Origin: Octopus sinensis
Taxonomy: Eukaryota
Assembly: GCF_006345805.1 (NCBI RefSeq)
Contig: NC_043005.1
Location: forward strand, 32,860,001-32,924,000
Length of the DNA: 64,000 nt
Reading direction: 5' to 3'
Made by a program: the position numbers and the translations under genes. Positions 37,847 to 51,713 of the stretch are shown here, piece after piece. The notes under the pieces were generated by a model that worked only from the letters and a program-made list of their open reading frames with translations, was not told the DNA's origin and did no database searches. Every line of letters begins with the position of its first letter. The stretch's first letter is position 1.

Positions 37847-40262
37847 AGAGCCTGCACTAGATTAGTGCTCATTTACTATTGAGTAGAACTGAAACATCTT
37901 ATTCAAGATCACAATGCGTCGCCTCGTCCAGGAATCGAACCTACAGCTTTATGGTTTTGAATCTATTGTCCTAACGTGTAGAACATGTGCCCCCGCAATA
38001 TAGTTAAGAGTTAATTTAAAAAAAACGTAAGTCACTCGCGTTCACACACAATAAATGAACAACCCTTTCTATTAGAAGTACAAGACCTAAAGTTTTAGAT
38101 ACAGAACTTGTCGATTACTTCCGCCTCAATGCTCAACAGGAACTTATTGTACCGACCCCGAAAGGATGAAAGGTAGAATCTACCTCAATGACATTTGAAC
38201 ACAGGACATAAAGACGGATAAAATACTGCGACGCATTTTGTCCGGAGTGCGAACGATACTGCTAGTAATTATTTTTACACGCGCTTCAGGTTCCGTTATT
38301 ACTTTTGATCCGAGTACCCCAACGATCCCAACTACATTTCCAATTACTTTGCACCCCGGTACAGGAAACTGCCAGCCCCGAAAGATTTCACGAATAACTT
38401 GAAGGTCAGAGAAGGGGTTCATGTTGCCCCGCTGGTTACAATACTGCAGTTCAAAACCAGGTTTGTCAGTTTTTCCTCTAGCAGTCTATCTCTTACGTAA
38501 TCCACACGGTCGGATGCTATATAATCACTAATCTTCAATTGATCTTTTCCTACAGTATATTGAAAGTATTCGTTTATTTCGTCCATCAGATGGTCGTTCG
38601 TTAAATTACAAAAATTCAATAAACCCTCGTACGCTCCCTTGAGATATGCTCCACCGCACACTTTTTATTTTTTTCATTTACTCTTTCATCTGCTTTCAAC
38701 AATCTATCATTGTTCACTGCCCATCTCCTACTCATTGTAACCAGGCGATGTGGTGCTGCTGCTGCTGATTATAACCAACCTCTTGAACATCGATTTCTAG
38801 ATCTAGCTGAGACGTTCCGTTCTGTTATTTATAGAGACTCGACCAGTTTTGCTTTGGATTGCGGCTGCTAGTTTCTTCTGTATTTTAAGCGTCTTTTTCT
38901 ACCAGACGGAAAGTCCTTAATTAACCTTCCTTGCCCCTCAATTTCGTCAGAACGCCCCACAACACAAACCACATGTCACTCGCCTCAATTTCTATATCTG
39001 AGAGTGCCCGTTAGCATCTCTGGTGTCGAACTGGACAAGAAATCTTCCATATTAGGTGAGAAATGATGCTGACATAGCTCATTGCTTTGCTCTATGATTT
39101 TTACCAGCAATCTCTCACCTGGCTGTTTCACACAATCGGAGTCCACAATCAATCCATTGCTACTTTCTTCGTTTTCTGTCAGTTTACGCAATAGTTCTAT
39201 CAAATTTTCGCTTACTTTGTGAAGAAATGTGAACTTCAATTCGTCGTAGGGGAGATGATGGGCTTTTCACACATTTTACTTACCTTGTTATGGGGTGCAC
39301 TATTTTTCTTACACACCCCTCTGTCTTCAGTAATTTTTTAACCATGCTCACTTCATCTCTTATTCATTAACACAATGCGGCAGAGTATCGTTTTTAGCTA
39401 TGATCGAGGCAGCGAATCTTTCGGTTTTCTAGTGGACTCTTGGAACTTAGAAAATGGTCGTATCTGACGCCTCCAGAAATGCATCCAATAATATTCCAAG
39501 GACTCCAACCTCCTTCGACTATTCCTGTTATATTTTTTCCTTTTAGCTTTACCAGCCTTTCTGATCATAAAACTCTTAATTGATCTTCGCCGCCTTGAAT
39601 GATCAGTCGTACTGCACCTACTACAGGATATAATTCTGGGTATAATTTGGTGTCCTGTGTGAGGTCATGAAAACTTGCATGTCCATTCAAAACCCCACAC
39701 TCGATGACATATCACCAAAAGTTGCGTTAGCGCCAAGTGTTTAACACTATCTAGTCTATTGTTCTCATGAATTAGGGAACAAATCGTCACCAATGTCTTT
39801 TACAAAGACCTTTGAGCCACTTCGGAAGAAATACTGTGGAATTAGTTTATAAGGAGATATTTGAAGCACTGAGAAATTGACTTTGTTTCGTTTTGAGGGT
39901 TGATATAGTATAACAAATAAATACCGTCGGGGGAGGGGGGGCTTTTTTGTAATGAGAACAGCGTATCATTAATTTATTAACTCCTTATATTTCGGACGAG
40001 CCACTCATCTTCATAAGAAAACAGGCAACACTTCCACCGAAAATTACAAATAGTCGACATCTGATATCTGATAATGCTTTGGCTATTTTTTTTTTGTAGA
40101 TGAGTGAGTCACTCGAAATAGAAATAATTAATAAATTGTTAATTCTCTCTTCGTCTTGGAAAACGTTTCTTGTATTATTTATTTATTTATTTTATGATAT
40201 CACAATGCTTTAGACTAACCCTAACACTATTCTATGATAAAGCCAAATGATTTACCGCTCCC

Positions 40263-40305
<43 letters not shown>

Positions 40306-41143
40306 GCGAGGGCTACTTCTGATTATAATTTGAATGCCGTAAGGAGGATCTCTGTTGATTGTTTTCTTTATTGCAGCTGCGTGACAAATACCGGTAGAAT
40401 GTGTCTAATTTCCTCACCTAATACTGTTATACGGTTTTTATCTAAATATTGCATGTTTGAACCCACAACAAGCTTGTCTGAAGTGCAGTTCTCAATTTCT
40501 ATTGTTAATTTGTGTGTGCGTGCGCGCGTGTGCGTGTATCCTGTGTGTCTGTATGTTTGTGCGTGAGTCAGTGTGTGTGTGTGTGTTATTGTTGTAAAAA
40601 ACATTTCCTATACCACTAGTCCGGTACTTTTTATCTAGATGAATGACGGTCTTTCAAAGTATCAATGGTTTTTACATTTAAACATAAACAAGTTACATGC
40701 TCTTTTTTGTACCTTTCATTTCATCTTATAAAATGTGGTCAATGTCCACCGTTCAGCCCTCTCTCAGCACGAGTCTTCGGATTTCTCTCAATTGCTCTTG
40801 CTGTATCCTCGCAATTTTAGTAACCGTCCTACTACAGTTTTGGTTGTCACTGCTGAAAGTGATGTTGTTAACTACAGTAGTGGTAGTGGTCTGGGCGTGG
40901 CGGGACGTTGCAGTGAGCTTTGATTATGCTTGACCAACACGTTGTTGAGCGGCGGTTGTTGTTGTTGTTGTTGTGATTAATAGCAACAATAACAACAAAA
41001 TGCTGTCAAAACATCATCATCATCATCATCATAAACAGCGGCAGCAACAACAATAATAAGACCAAACGCAGCAAGCCACAAGATCAACAACATTAAGCAA
41101 AGCAAAGAACGACTTCAACATCATCATCATCAGCAACAACAGT

Positions 41144-41515
41144 GGAGGCGCAATGGCCCAGTGGTTAGGGCAGCGGACTCGCGGTCGGAGGATCGCGGTT
41201 TCGATTCCAAGACCGGGCGTTGTGTGTGTTTATTGAGCGAAAACACCTAAAGCTCCACGATGTTCCGGCAGGGGGTGGTGGCGACCCCTGTTGTACTCTT
41301 TCGCTCCAACTTTCTCTCACTCTTTCTTCTTGTTTCTTGTCGCCGACTTCCTACGCAACCGCTGAGCCTGGATGCACATTCATCTATCCGTCGATGTTCT
41401 CGTTGTCGGGGGTTGACCTGTTTTCTCTTCTGCTGGTCTTACGAATAGCAAAGGGCCACGTTTCAGACTTCTCCCACGAAGACCGCTTCGCTCAACAAAC
41501 AAACAAACAAACAAG
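41144..41515 (+). mobile_element. tRNA-derived SINE with the same head as 1154 but a different 3' half and an (AAAC)n tail
   Basis: Head nearly identical to 1154; probable TSD CATCAGCAACAAC at 41128-41140 and 41516-41528. Confidence 0.88.
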
Positions 41516-42079
41516 CATCAGCAACAACGACAGCAGCAGCAGTAAGTAGAGAAAAGAGTAATTTTTTGAATAGTAGGATCAACGAAAGTGAAGAACGCCG
41601 TAAACAAATATAATATAGTAGATGTATAAAAGCAATTGCAAATGTGGGGTTGAAATGTGATGCTGTCTGCTGTATTATTGTATTAAACAGAACTCAAAGT
41701 CAGGTGAAATTAAAGTGGTTGTAACATCAACGATGGCGTAAGCAAGAGAGAAATGGGTGGGGATCCTTTAACAGCAACACTTTAACACTTGTTTTGCAAC
41801 TCACCCAGGATTAAAGAAAACATGCTAAAAATTGTCGAGCACCTATAAGACAGAAATATTGGCTTGGTTCGTACCTTAATATAACAAAACGAACGAAAAT
41901 AAACCTGAAATAATTTCATTACTGGCTGGAAACTGGAATTCTAACAGCAATTAGTATCTTACTCTACAGAACTGTATATAGAAGATTATTTCAAAATCTA
42001 CGGTGTGACGACTAGCGGAGCCGAGGCTGCAAAGAGACAATCAAACTATAATGTGTCAGATTACCAAAAGAAATTTGCA

Positions 42080-42121
42080 CATACACACACACACGCACAT
42101 ATACATGCATATATATGTATA

Positions 42122-42209
<88 letters not shown>

Positions 42210-42560
42210 GCATAAATAGAATATGGGTGTATATGTATATACATACACAAAACACACACGTATACATAAATGTATATATGTGTGTGTGTCTATGTATGTA
42301 TATATATATGTACATACATATATGCATAAATAGAATATGTGTGTATATGTATATACATGCACAAAACACACACGTATACATACATGTATATATGTGTGTG
42401 TGTGTCTATGTATGTATATACATACACACACACATATGCATTATATATGTCATATATATCTGTACATATATATATTTGTACATTTATATATATACATAAT
42501 ATATATATATTTATATATTTACATATATACATACGTACATACATACATATACATATATAA
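42080..42560. repeat. (TA/CA)-rich tract with internal ~115-bp duplication
   Basis: 'atgcataaatagaatatg...caaaacacacacgtatacat' occurs twice. Confidence 0.8.
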
Positions 42561-43561
42561 TTATATAATAAGCATAGCGAAGATGGTAGCTGTGTACATT
42601 GGAAACTGTGCCAAAACTACGAATAAGCATATAAAACAGATGGTTTAACCAAATACTTCTAACTGTGCCTGGCTCTGACTTAGCCACCCACTAAATACTG
42701 ACACAAAGATACAAATAAATGGAAGTGGTGCTAGTTAAAATTTGGTTTATCTTTACCTCCTAATAATAATTTTTATCATCTTTGAGTATCATTTGAAACT
42801 GAAGGAGAAAGGTGGAGAAAGGTGGAGAAAGAAGTTCAAATGTTTATTAGATCTCGTAAAAAGATTTAAGGCAACATTATTTAATGTGTTCTCCATCTTT
42901 AAAACAGGTACGGTGTAATCTAACTGAAGTTTGGTTGCTATTTCTAGCACGTTCGCTGAGCACCAAAAGGAAGTTGTTGGTTCATGGCTGTAAAGCTGGA
43001 GAAAGTATAAAACATGTCTGCTGTGAAATGAGATGATTGGGCGCAGCTGTTTTGACATTGAACCTATTTTGGTGACACTGTGGTTTGGGGCTAGAAGCAA
43101 ATGTGCGCTCGCACAGAAATATACACATGCAGAAAGAAAGCAAGAGAGAGAGAGAAATAGGCAGAAAGAGACATTACACATACATACAAATATAACTAGA
43201 TGCTCATAAGGAGAGAGAGAGGGGAGGGAGTATGAAACATGAAAAACGCTGATGTTAGATAAATCGGCGTCGAATCAGCCAAATAGGTTGTGTAAAGACA
43301 TCTCATACTCTGTCCGCCACATTACGTTTCCGATGCCTGTTTAATTCCTTTTAATTATTTATCTCTTCCTCCATAGGATTCCGTGTTGTGAATAATACCC
43401 AGGACGGGTTTGCTTAGACGACTTAATCTTTACCCTAGAAGATTATAAAACCAATTCTAACAATTAGTAAAGGGATAACAGAGATCTTTTAGAAATATAA
43501 ATCACATATAGAATATAAATCATGTGTATACCAATTCCTGGCCTCATAAGCGCTTTGAATA

Positions 43562-43816
43562 GAAACTGATCTATTGCAAGCGTTCATACTCTTGCTAAAT
43601 GTTTACCGTGACGCTACGACGCATGGAAACTGATCTATTACAAGCGTCCATACTCTTGCTAAATGTTTACCGTGACGCTACGACGCATGGAAACTGATCT
43701 ATTACAAGCGTCCATACTCTTGCTAAATGTTTACCGTGACGCTACGACGCATGGAAACTGATCTATTACAAGCGTCCATACTCTTGCTAAATGTTTACCG
43801 TGACGCTACGACGCAT
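43562..43816. repeat. Minisatellite, 64 bp x 4
   Basis: Units start at 43562, 43626, 43690 and 43754; copies 2-4 look identical and copy 1 has two differences; no spacers. Confidence 0.95.
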
Positions 43817-45270
43817 TTATACACAGTACGTCCCGTCCCTGATGCAAAAAAGAATAATACTAAGTCTGCTAGCTATTTCTCTCTCCAGACACCTTATATC
43901 TTCGAGATATTATACAGATCATATTCCTATTCCTCTTCGAGAGACGAATCTCTCATTCCTTAACCTCCGCTGTCCAGGTTACACTCAAATCAAACTTCAC
44001 TTTGAAAGTGGGGAGTCAGTAAATGCGTAGTTGCGACTCACCTCATCACTCACCTTTCTCATCTGGTTATTACAATCAAGACTTCCACTTATTCTGACTC
44101 AGCGTCCACATTCCTCTAACTACATCAGCTTCCTCTACCACTCCCTAAATTCCTTCGTCCGACAACTGCCTCATTGAAATTATCTTCCACGTGATCACGT
44201 ACTACACAACTTCCGTATCTCACGGATACATTGCTACTTAACTGATCAGAGTTTCGTTATTATTGGCACCAACATATTCTTTACCTCTGACCTATCAAAT
44301 AACTGGTAGATGGGCAGCTAAAATCAACCTCTTAGCCACCACATAAATGACCAAATCGCGTAGATCAATGTTTCCCAAGTTGTTTGCTCGTAGCTGCAGT
44401 CTTTCAGCTAAACAAAATGACCAGAAATGCTTGAGAACAGGAAAATCAGCAACCACTTTCAAATTGGACGGTTTTTAGCTATACCTTGACTGTTGAAAAT
44501 AGCGCGATGAATGCCTCGCACCTTGTGTCACATAAATACTCTTTCACCTCTAAAATGATCCTTTTGGTCCTCTGTGGAATGTTCTGTTTCTCCCTTTTCC
44601 AACATAGCAGTTCTATAACTACGACTTAGGTGGGAAAATCCTCCATATTTGTTTTGCATCCAACTAGATAAGACAGAAAAATGGCTTCATTCAAACAATT
44701 CTCTATAAAACTCTCACACACACATATCCCAAATCTGGACATAAGTGTATGTGACAGTGAAGCCGGGAAAGAAAAGGGGAGAACTAAAGGAGAGAGAATG
44801 AATAGGAGAGAGAGAGAGAGAGAGTGTGTGTGTGTGTGTGTGTGTGTGAGCTAGCCCGGGCATGTCTATTTGTTTTGACTTTATTTCCCATCAGGGTCAA
44901 CATGAACCTGTCGATTTAACAGTCATCTCCTTTAACAGCACCACTTTCTTACCTTGGATACCTTTAAAGGAGTCCACTCTATTGAATGCATTTAGGTGAG
45001 GTTTCCTATTAATCTCGGATGGTCCTTTAACTGATTATAAGCGCTAACTTCACTCATGATTAAAGCGTGAAAAATATGTATGTATCTTTTACTTGTTTCA
45101 GTTATTAGACTGCTACTATACTGGGGCACCGGCTTGGAAATTTTTTAGTCGAATGAATCGATCCCTGTACTATTTTTAACCCTGGTACTTATTCTATCGG
45201 AATCTCATGCCGAACCGCTAAGTTACGGGGGTGTAATCACATCAACACCGGTTCTCAAGCTGTGGGTGAG

Positions 45271-45311
<41 letters not shown>

Positions 45312-45339
45312 TACATACATACATACATACATACATACA

Positions 45340-45373
<34 letters not shown>

Positions 45374-45449
45374 CATAAGAATAAATAAGGGCAAAAGAAA
45401 AATTTTCTATGCCAATATACTGAAAAATAGACTTTAGATCGTTTAACCA

Positions 45450-45795
45450 TGTTCTCACCAGCGGTCTTTGTCCCTCATCATCGCTGCCATGTCCAGATGT
45501 CCTGTGTCTCCCAGAGACAAGTGTCTGTTCTTAGGGAATCAACATATGTCATCCTCGGTCTCTCTCTTCCATTTAGGGGAACCCACAGGGACACTGAGTG
45601 CAGTATCAACTCTGAATGACGGTAAGCATGTCCAGCTAACCTCAGTCTCCACTGTTTTATTTTCGAGCTAACTATTGGGAGATTCTCTTACAGCTCTGGG
45701 TTCTTTACCCTCAGTGTATATTGATTAATGATCAGAGCTATCCTCAGCTTTCTCGTGTAGCACCCATCCACCATCTGAGTGATTTATTTGGTCAG
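45450..45795 (-). mobile_element. RTE-clade LINE C-terminal fragment
   Basis: DGCYTRKLRIAL...WRLRLAGHAYRH...LWVP..GR.RPRMTYVDSL...MRDKDRW. Confidence 0.85.
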
Positions 45796-45829
45796 TGTCC
45801 AAGTCTCAGACCCGTACAATAGCACAGAC

Positions 45830-46850
45830 TCCACTTCAGCGACGGGTATGACAATAAAATACTTCCAGTAACATGACTCCAGTTCGGGAGTTCAGGAGCT
45901 GTGGGGAATGTGGAGTTACCCCTTTGTTCTCATCACGCCCAGGTCTGCTTTGGACCGGAGTAGTAATCACCTTACACGAGTAGCGCCGGCAGGGTATTAT
46001 CAGCAATTGAAAAGAACCATGAAGAGTGCACTTAACAGCATGAGGATTAGAGCCTCTAACTAAACTGTCAAAGAATAGCCTGGTCGTTACAACTCTGCTG
46101 GTTTAGAGCCACAGCGAAGGCCAGCGGATGATGGACTAGCAGTCCCTGTGACAAATATAAAGAACATACTTTTGACCTGCAAAGGAACCTCAAAAATCGG
46201 CACTTTGAATGTGAGGACTGTTCGGACGCTCGAGAAGAGAGGGGAGTTGGGTCATCTGTTTGAGGAGTGTGGTATGCAGATACTTGCGATCCAAGAATAC
46301 AGCATCCTACACGATGAGTCCGTGAAGAGAGTGATGATTGGAAAGAAACGCCAGTTCATCACCACATCAGCACTGAGAAATATGGCTGGTGCTGCAGTAA
46401 GAGGAGTGGGTTTTGTGTACAGTGCCAGAGCCAATCTGTTAGTGAGGGAAATCACACCTGTTTTCCCGCGAGTTTTGAGGGTGACCTTCAATAGAAACCC
46501 AAGGCTGACACTCATCTCAGCCTATAGTCCAACCGTGGGGGACAGTGATGCGAGTGCGGAGGAGTTCCATGAGGAAGTGTGTAAAACTGTCAACACCATA
46601 CCAGCTCATAACATCCTGCTTGTTCTGGGTGACCTCAAAAATACATCTGAGTAAGGAGAGCGGTGAAGATCCTTACTAGTACTTCCATAACAATACCAAC
46701 CGAAATGGGAGACTATTGAGGAATACCCTGATGAAGGCGAACTTGATGGCAACCAGCTCAATGTTTAGCAAGAATCCGGGGAAAATGTTGACCTGCATTT
46801 CTGATACGCACTTGTCGAAGTCCCATTTTAATTTCATTCTAGTGATAACA
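45830..46850 (+). mobile_element. RTE-clade LINE 5' UTR + APE endonuclease
   Basis: IGTLNVRT, ILAIQE, ISAYSPT, VLGDL and NRNG motifs (ORF 46148-46654 and its frameshifted continuation). Confidence 0.88.
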
Positions 46851-47195
46851 GGGATAAGATTTCACAGTGAAAAGCAACCTCACATGTACTTCGGAGAACT
46901 TGCTCTGGGTGTCAAGAGCAATTCACAGGCCAAACAAAAAACAGTTTAAGTCAAAGGATAGCTCTACACAAATCAGATCAAAATTCTGGGAAACAGAAAA
47001 ATAGCATTGAGCCAACACATCGATATTTGCGCCAATAACAAAAACCCCAGCTTCAGAATTTTTCCCCTCTACCAATTCAGGGGCGATACAACCTATAGCC
47101 AACGAATTAGTAAAGAGTCGTTCTTTATCACAAAATACAGACCCCTTTTGAATGCATCTACAACAAATGACATATCCAGCACGACCTTAAAATAA
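46850..47195 (+). mobile_element. PLE GIY-YIG C-terminal fragment
   Basis: SQHIDICA...FRIFPLYQ...KESFFITKYRPLLN, homologous to 33300-33446. Confidence 0.8.
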
Positions 47196-47492
47196 CACAC
47201 ATGCAAATATTAAAAACGATACATTCAGAAGACATACCTCAAGAAATCATTAAAAACAGTCCCAATGACTACTACCATCCACAACGAGTCACTTTCAGGG
47301 CACTTGACCATTTAACATCATACTACTATCATACCACTCCTGCATTTATTCTTTCTCTCCTCCTTCTCCTCTTCCTCTTCCTCTTCCTCCTCCTCCTCCT
47401 CCTCTTCTTCCTCTTCCACCTCCTCCTCCTCTTCCTTCTTCCCCTCCTCCTCCTCCTCCTTCTTCTTCTTCTTCTCTGTCACCCCCTTCTTT

Positions 47493-47550
<58 letters not shown>

Positions 47551-47867
47551 TAAACAATCAAAGACAAGAATTCATAACTACCTCGAATCTACAAGAGTAA
47601 AAAAAAAGAAAGACAGAGACAAGCAGAAACAAGGAAAATGCCCCTTGTATTTGAAAACTAGGGAAATATTTTTAAAAAAAACTTTCCATTTAATTTTTCC
47701 ACAATTTAATTTTTTTCCATACTCAGAGTTGAAAAATTCTCAATGACTGAAGCCGGTACTAAAATGTTTTCATGATAAAATTACTTTAGCATTTTCTACC
47801 TTAACTATTTTCCTCATACATATCAACTCGCGTGTTCCTTTTCAACCTTCTACATATATATATATAT

Positions 47868-47918
<51 letters not shown>

Positions 47919-48077
47919 ACGGTTTTTTTTTTAGTTTCTGTCCACTAAATCCTCTCACAAGTCCTTGGTCGGCTCGAGGCAATAGTAGAAGACACGTGCA
48001 GAAGGTGTCACGCAGTGGGACTAAAACCAGAGCCATGAGGTTGGGAAGCAAGCCTCTTACCACACACCAACGCTTTC

Positions 48078-48119
<42 letters not shown>

Positions 48120-49918
48120 TATATATACACACACACATATACGTAAATGCAGATATTCCTGAAGCTAAGCTATTTCCTGCATGTCGGCCTGTAATTTGGT
48201 GCCATGAATTAATCTTTTACCATGGTGATATGTAATAACTAGAGAACGATTATGAATAAAAACTTCTGCAGGAGTCGACACCACATCCATACACGCTCTC
48301 TTTGTTTCTCTATATCTCTCTTTTTCTCTCTCGGTCGCTTTTTTGGTCTCTCTCTTCCTCCCCATTCTTCCGTTTATTTCGTCCTATCTTTCTTATGATA
48401 CGTAGAAATCAAGAATTAATTGCATGCCGACATTTGAATGAGAGGAGCGAGTTGGGGTGACCGATGACGCTATGTACTTAGTGTCTCGGAGCATTTTGCT
48501 TCATTTCAGTAGTTCTTGGTTGGAATCTCATCTGGATCAAATTTCTTATTCATCCTGTCGATCATTAATAAAACAGGAACCAGATACACATCTCATTGCT
48601 TAATTCAATCAATGGAGAATTTGAAAACGAAATCATCTGTCCATATTTCGATTGATTTCGGTTAATGAAAGTTCATCTGCAAATGAACGGCAAAATACTC
48701 ATCCCCTACACACACACACGCGCGCACACACACACACATGCGCGCGCGCATAGTCATAGAGATGACAGCTTAGGTGGCCGAATCTTCGAAGTCACTATCA
48801 ATATTTTGTCAGCTATGAGGGACCCATCAATAAAGAGAGGACACGGAATGAGATGAAAAATTATGATCGTCAGAATTTCAACACCTTTCTACTGCCTATA
48901 CCCACGCCCATATTTGGCCATCTAAACCGGTCACTATAAGAACTCATCTCGCAACCTGGAGATGCAGACAAGTTACACTTCCCAAACGAGGATGGTGGCC
49001 GTGGTCTTAAATCTGTAATGATGTCATATGAAGTACGTATTGGTCATTGAGTAAAGCTGGACGCTTTACATCGATCAGAAACCCCAAGATCATACACTAC
49101 GATTTTAAAAGTGGAAGAATACATTAGAGAATGGTGCTAGAAGTCCTTAAAATGGAGTGGTTAAAACTGGAATACCTAATCGATTAGAATTGATACGTGT
49201 TGAATAGTAAACATCAAATGTATACAGACAGACAGACACACACACACGCACTCACACACACATACACCTACGCGCATACACACACATACAATCGCACACA
49301 CACACATTATACATTGATACATAGTTGTTGTCATTGTTTCGATTGTTTTCCACCAAGTTAGATTTGAGAGATTTATGGTCAAAAATGTTCCATCCATGGC
49401 CATCTTATTTATGTTGAAAACATATAGAGACAAATTCCCAAAAGTCATCATTTTTCAGACAGCTGGGTATGTTTTGAAGGAGATTTGGTCGCTATTTCTA
49501 TCAGGACTAGCGACGGTATAGCGGTCTTTTCCGTTCACTCAATGATTTACGCTTCTACCGGTTAGTCGTCAAGTTTCCCAGGAATTTACCAAACCTGTAA
49601 TTACAATCATATTCTAGGGTTTCTTTGCTCATCTTCGCCTATCTGCTAAAGACATAGTGTGCTATCTACTGAGAGTAGAAATATTACATTTCCATATTTT
49701 GGTCATTGAGTAAAGCTGGACGCTTTACATCAGATCAGAAACCATTCCAAACCTCAAAGGATTCAAGAAACGCTCATTAACAGATATCAAGATAATCAAA
49801 TATTAATTACACCAGACTTCACTATAGATAAGGATTTCATTCAACAGGAATACACACACACACACGCACACACATACACACTTATAAATACACACACACA
49901 CACATATATATACAACTA

Positions 49919-49992
<74 letters not shown>

Positions 49993-50002
<10 letters not shown>

Positions 50003-50225
50003 CATTCGTACTTAAGTATGTGAATACATGTAAGTATAGGTGCATATAATTGAATACGCATGTAGTATGTATGTGTATATGTGTACATGTGTACGACAGC
50101 ACGAGTGCGTATATGGGAGTAGCTTTGAGATAATGCAGATATGTATTTACGTTTCAGCATTATACCAAGAAGTTTGTGAACATGCATGTGGTGTGAATGT
50201 GTGTAAGTGCGTGTGCGCGTGCGTA

Positions 50226-50299
<74 letters not shown>

Positions 50300-50520
50300 C
50301 ATTCGTACTTAAGTATGTGAATACATGTAAGTATAGGTGCATATAATTGAATACGCATGTAGTATGTATGTGTATATGTGTACATGTGTACGACAGCACG
50401 AGTGCGTATATGGGAGTAGCTTTGAGATAATGCAGATATGTATTTACGTTTCAGCATTATACCAAGAAGTTTGTGAACATGCATGTGGTGTGAATGTGTG
50501 TAAGTGCGTGTGCGCGTGCG

Positions 50521-50522
<2 letters not shown>
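49993..50522. repeat. Tandem duplication of a ~230-bp unit separated by (TA)n
   Basis: 49993-50225 and 50290-50522 appear identical. Confidence 0.9.
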
Positions 50523-50554
<32 letters not shown>

Positions 50555-50803
50555 GCATGTGTACATATATATATGTATACACCCACACACATATATATAT
50601 ACATATATATACATATATGTATCCATATATATATACATATATACACACACGCACACACGCTGACACACACACACACATACATATACACATATATATATCC
50701 ATATATATATACACACACACGTACACATATACGCACACACACACACACACACACTAGCACACACGCACATACATATGCGTGTAGTTAAATCTATGTCCGG
50801 TCA

Positions 50804-50867
50804 TAGAGTGACCAATGGTTTCGCATCCACAAATGGCTTAACACCATGGAAGTCGCGTCAGACTCTA
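50804..50867 (-). ncRNA. Hammerhead-like motif (A9 position altered)
   Basis: tagagt CTGACGC gacttcc atggt-gtta-agccat...ggatgc GAAA ccattgg TC^ actcta; 6-bp stem I. Confidence 0.6.
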
Positions 50868-51605
50868 AAGCCGAAGGCATGTAACTCTTCACCTCTGGGA
50901 GGCAGGGATTCGTTACGGTCAGTTGGTCAGTAAGTCACCAAAGAATAGATATTTCGAGGTCCTCTCCTTTAGACCAGTCCCTCTGGACCAAAAGGAGTGG
51001 GAACATACATACTAGTGCCACATTAACAATAGGCATGCAATCGTAGTAAACTGTTTAAAGATTTTTTGAAAACATTATCCACATGAATTATGCAAATCTA
51101 ATTCAGCCTAAATCAGTAACAGTTTTGTTTATTTTATTTCCTGTTATAAATACGAAGAAAATCTTTTCTTTGACATCTTAGTATTATACAAACGGGAAAA
51201 GAAAAAAATACTTCTTACACTGAGGGATTTTGTGTTTCTGATCACGGTTAATATAGAGAAGAACAAAACCAGCGATACTTACCACAGTTGTAAGGCTGAC
51301 TTAGTCTTTCTATTCAACTCAAGATCTATTACGGGTCTATCAAAAATTGCATAAAAATACTTCTATCAAAAATGTAATTGGGTTAAGAATTTTAATAAAA
51401 CTTAAACCACTTCACAACAGGCATCTTTCGTTGTCCGAGAATTACCTGTCGCAGACAGTATATGCTACTTTATCTCCCTTTCAAAACGACCCAAAAACTG
51501 ACGTAAATGAGAAGAGAATGAGAAAAATGTAAATAAACCGCCGCCGCTATCGCCGTTACTCAACTCTTATATATATCTCCGTATGAAACTGATCCGGCAG
51601 AAGCT

Positions 51606-51642
<37 letters not shown>

Positions 51643-51648
51643 GATCAG

Positions 51649-51713
<65 letters not shown>

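Noticed and set aside
38270-39800. Decayed retroelement coding remnants (Gypsy gag- or RTE RT-like)
   Set aside because: Too degraded to assign by eye.
40740-40960. Minus-strand coding-like stretch (…KIARIQQEQLREIRRLVLREG)
   Set aside because: Short, bounded by in-frame stops, and no family recognised.
43562-43816. CRISPR-like array
   Set aside because: Units are head-to-tail with no unique spacers, and the context is eukaryotic.
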